From the human T2T-CHM13v2.0 reference genome, Homo sapiens: a DNA stretch of 64,000 nt. Under the pieces are notes generated by a model. It was not told where the DNA came from. It saw only the letters and a program-made list of their open reading frames with translations, and did no database searches. Shown here piece by piece: positions 60,801-64,000 of this stretch. The stretch lies in the NCBI RefSeq assembly GCF_009914755.1, contig NC_060931.1; one strand, 5' to 3'. Positions within the stretch are counted from its first letter, which is position 1. Each line of letters opens with the position of its first letter. A program made the position numbers and the translations under genes.

Positions 60801-61984
60801 CTCAGCCTGTCAGGCAGGTTGGCTGCAGGTCTCTGGGCCTGAGGGGGGGGCCAAGGCGGGGTGGGCCTGAAGCTCGGCCCCCGGCCTCCTGGCCTCTGCT
60901 GCCCCCTCCTCACAGCGGCGGGCAGCCTGGGTCCCTGAGAGATGATTGCTCCTGAGCAGTGGCCTCTCCCCAGACCCAGGAACTCCTCCCAGCCCCACCC
61001 CCTCCCCACCCAGCCAGCCCTACCTGCCTGGGTACAGCTGGCACGGACCACACCCTCCACCTTCCCCCCTGCCCGGATTTTGGGACCCACATCTGTCCAC
61101 GTGCCACCCCTGCCTCCTGCCATCCCAGCGGGTGTGAGCCTGGACCAATCTCCCTGTCCGGTGGATTTCAGACGTGGGACCACAAGTGGGCTGGGGTCCC
61201 GATGCCCCTTCACGAGTGACGCAGCCCCTGCCTCCCCTTCTTTGGCCCCCTCACCCCTGAAAAGTCCCATTCGGGAGCCTGAGGGTGTCGGGACACGGAT
61301 CGCCACCAAGCTCTGCCCCTGCCCACGCACGCCTGCTACCCGGGTGACTGGAACGTGAGACGCACGCACGAGCTCCTGTGGGCCTGGAAGGTTGGGTCTC
61401 CCACCCGGGTGGGGCAGGACGAGCCCCTGTTTGATGGGGGAAGCTGAGTCAGGAGCTGCAGGCCCCTGGCTAATGGGTGGGGGGCAGGGTTGGAGCTGCG
61501 GTTTGTTCCCCCTTCCTGGGCTAAACCTTGGGTGGGGGGCGTCAAGCATGGCCCTGGACCCTGATCTTCCCTCCTGTGAAGTGGCCTCCACGGCGCTTCC
61601 CCTCCTGGGTGGGCGGGGTGAGGTCAGACGGGCAGGGCAGGTGCGTGTCCCAAGTCCTGTCTGCGAGTTCCATGGAATCCTGCTTAGGAACAGCACTGCT
61701 GGCTTCCCTTTCCTTGGAGACCCCTCCCTCCCTCCCCTGCCTTTCCTTCCAGACCCAGTGCCCCCTCCCGTCCTGTGTCCTAAATCATGCCCAGCTAGGG
61801 GCAGCTGACCTCTGCCCTCCTCAGGCTGACACCCACCTTGCCAGTGAGCAACTCCCAGCCCAGCTTCGCGCCTTCAGGTGCCGGGGCTCACGGCTTCGTG
61901 CAGCCTATTTCGGGGTGTTCTGGGGCCCACGAGAGCAGAGTCTTCATCAAAACATCCCCAGATGTGTGCTTCTTTCTTGCTTCT

Positions 61985-64000
61985 TCTTTTTTTTTTTTTT
62001 TTTTGGAGACAGGGTCTCGCTGTGTCACCCAGCCTGGAGTACAGTGGCATGATCTGGGTTCACTGCAACCTCTGCCTCCCTGGCTCAGACCATCCTCCCG
62101 CCTCGGCCTCCCAAAGCGTTGGGATTACAGGCGTGAGCCTCGCACCCGGCATTATTTCTGAAAGCGAATCTGAATCCCCAGAGCTCTGGCGCCTTTGGTC
62201 TTCTCACAGTTGTTTTGGAATTCACGCATCCTCACTCTCTGCCGGAGCCACCCCTCACCACACACAAGACGGGGTTTGTTGTTTTTCTCGCTGCGATGCC
62301 AAACTATAAAACCAGCGTGGCAGGGTGCCTCCCTCAGTCATCTGCACATCATTCCGCTGTCTCTGGTTCATTCCCATCGGTCAGGCCCTCATTCCAGTCT
62401 TCCAGTCACTTACCGGGCCTCCTGTTCCAATTCCATTCCCAGGCACTCAACAAGATAGCCGAGGCCAGCTCACTCCGCTGGTCCCCACGTGCCACCGTCT
62501 CCCTCCGCAGGTCATTTGTCATCATCCGTCCACGTGGGCCCAGGGCTCTGTCAACCCCCTGGAGAAGCCGCTTGAAATGACAGCCAAGAACAGGGCCCCC
62601 ACTGGCTCTTCTTGACCTCCAAGGCCCCCAGGTCCACTTAGGAAAAGGGGGTGGTGGGGAGGCTTGGGGAGATTCCCTCGCAGCTGAGCAGAAAACAGTG
62701 TTGGACGTCGCACTGTGTGGGCGCAAGGGCATCGCCTTAAAGAGTGAACACTGTCCACTGTCTCGGCCGCAGCGGCTGCCATGGGCCCCGTGTTCATCAC
62801 TCACAGTGAGCCGTGTCTGGGAGCTGCGATTCCAGCTGGATCTCTGGGTAAAAACCACAGGCAGCTCATCCTCCTAAAGGAGCAGCAATCCCCAAAGCAG
62901 ATGGCCCTGCCTGCAACCACAGCTGGCTCCACAGAGCTCCTCGCTGGAGCAGGGGCTGCTCAGGAGTGATGAGGCTGGGAGCGGGCCCAGAAAGCAGAGG
63001 GCCGGGGCCCTTCCACAGCTGCCGCCATCTGATTTACAGCACAGGAGCTAGCTGGATGGCGGAGGTGCTTAGCCTTGGTCTGTGTTGTTACCGGCTGCCA
63101 GGCGGCTGTGAAGGAGGACCTCGGGAGGGCACTGGGGGGCCAGTCTCAATTATATGCCCGTTTCGGCATCGCCTTCAAGGCGGGTGGCCGTGGGACCCTG
63201 CACATGACATGTGGCAGAGCTGTGTGGACATCCCAGGAGCCTCCAGGCAACCTGCCCGCCCCTCCTGAGCCTTAGCTTCTCCACAACCTACCTTTATTTT
63301 TTTTACGAAATTAATTTTTTTCTTTATACGCTTTTTTAGATATAGAGATGGGGTTTCCCCATGTTGCCGAGGCTGGTCTCGAACTCCTGGGCTCAAGCAA
63401 TCTGCTTGCCGCAGACTTCCATAGTGCTGAGATTACAGGCACATGCCTCCAAGCCTGGCTTTTTGTACTTTTAGTAGAGACGGGGTTTCGCCATGTTGGC
63501 CAGGCTGGTCTCGAACTCCTGGCCTCAGGTGATCTGCCTGCCTCAGCCTCCCAAAGTGCTGGGATTACAGGTGTGAGCCACTGTGTCCGGCCTTCATGAC
63601 TTACCTTTGAAGGGCAGTCATGAGGGCCCAATTAGACAGGACAGGCCTCCCAGGCCTGGCTCTCAGGAGCCAATGCTCTCCTGAAAACAGTCCCGCACCA
63701 AAACAGTGCCGCACCAGACCAGCAGGCGTGGAGGCAAAGCCAACCTTGGCCTTGGCAAGAACCATTGCCCTGGTGCAGTTGCGGCGTGAAAGAAAAGGAA
63801 GCCGTGGCCGGGCACAGTGGCTCAAGTATGTAATCTCAGCACTTTGGGGGGCTGAGACAGGCGGATCACCTGAGGTCAGGAGTTCGAGACCAACCTGAAC
63901 AACATGGTGAAACCGCATCTCTACTAAAAATAGGAAAATTAGCCAGGCATGGTGGTGTGCGCCTGTAATCCCAGCTACTCAGGAGGCTGAGGCAGAAGAA
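61985..64000. mobile_element. Alus: partial minus ~61985-62150, minus ~63290-63590, plus 63806-end
   Basis: Alu consensus. Confidence 0.85.

Noticed and set aside
60284-61696. 470-aa minus-strand ORF
   Set aside because: Near-cognate start, low-complexity GC-driven composition, and no domain or exon structure I can support.

Overview
Human (primate) GC-rich, Alu-dense euchromatin that I recognise as the 7p22.3 INTS1-MAFK-TMEM184A locus. It holds the 5' end of INTS1 on the minus strand (non-coding exon 1 and coding exons 2-5, continuing off the left edge) and a ~26 kb intergenic stretch of Alu, LTR and L1 remnants. It also holds the complete MAFK gene on the plus strand (CpG-island exon 1, 156-aa bZIP CDS in two exons, ~2.65 kb 3'UTR) and the complete TMEM184A CDS on the minus strand (8 coding exons, 413 aa), convergent with MAFK. 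All coding exon boundaries were read from GT/AG sites and give continuous frames. Most ORFs in the supplied track are GC-rich or Alu artefacts. The most anomalous element is a sharply bounded ~341 bp, two-unit alpha-satellite block (19449-19789) wedged between two truncated LTR elements far from any centromere. Other candidates are: a splice-created strong-Kozak uORF in INTS1; a MAFK 5'UTR open in frame with the CDS; paired RFX X-boxes in MAFK intron 1; a double-GATA site in the TMEM184A 3'UTR (candidate MAFK 3' enhancer); ARE/MARE sites suggesting MAFK autoregulation; and two tandem repeats that duplicate TMEM184A splice sites. Repeat family names and repeat edges are by eye and approximate.
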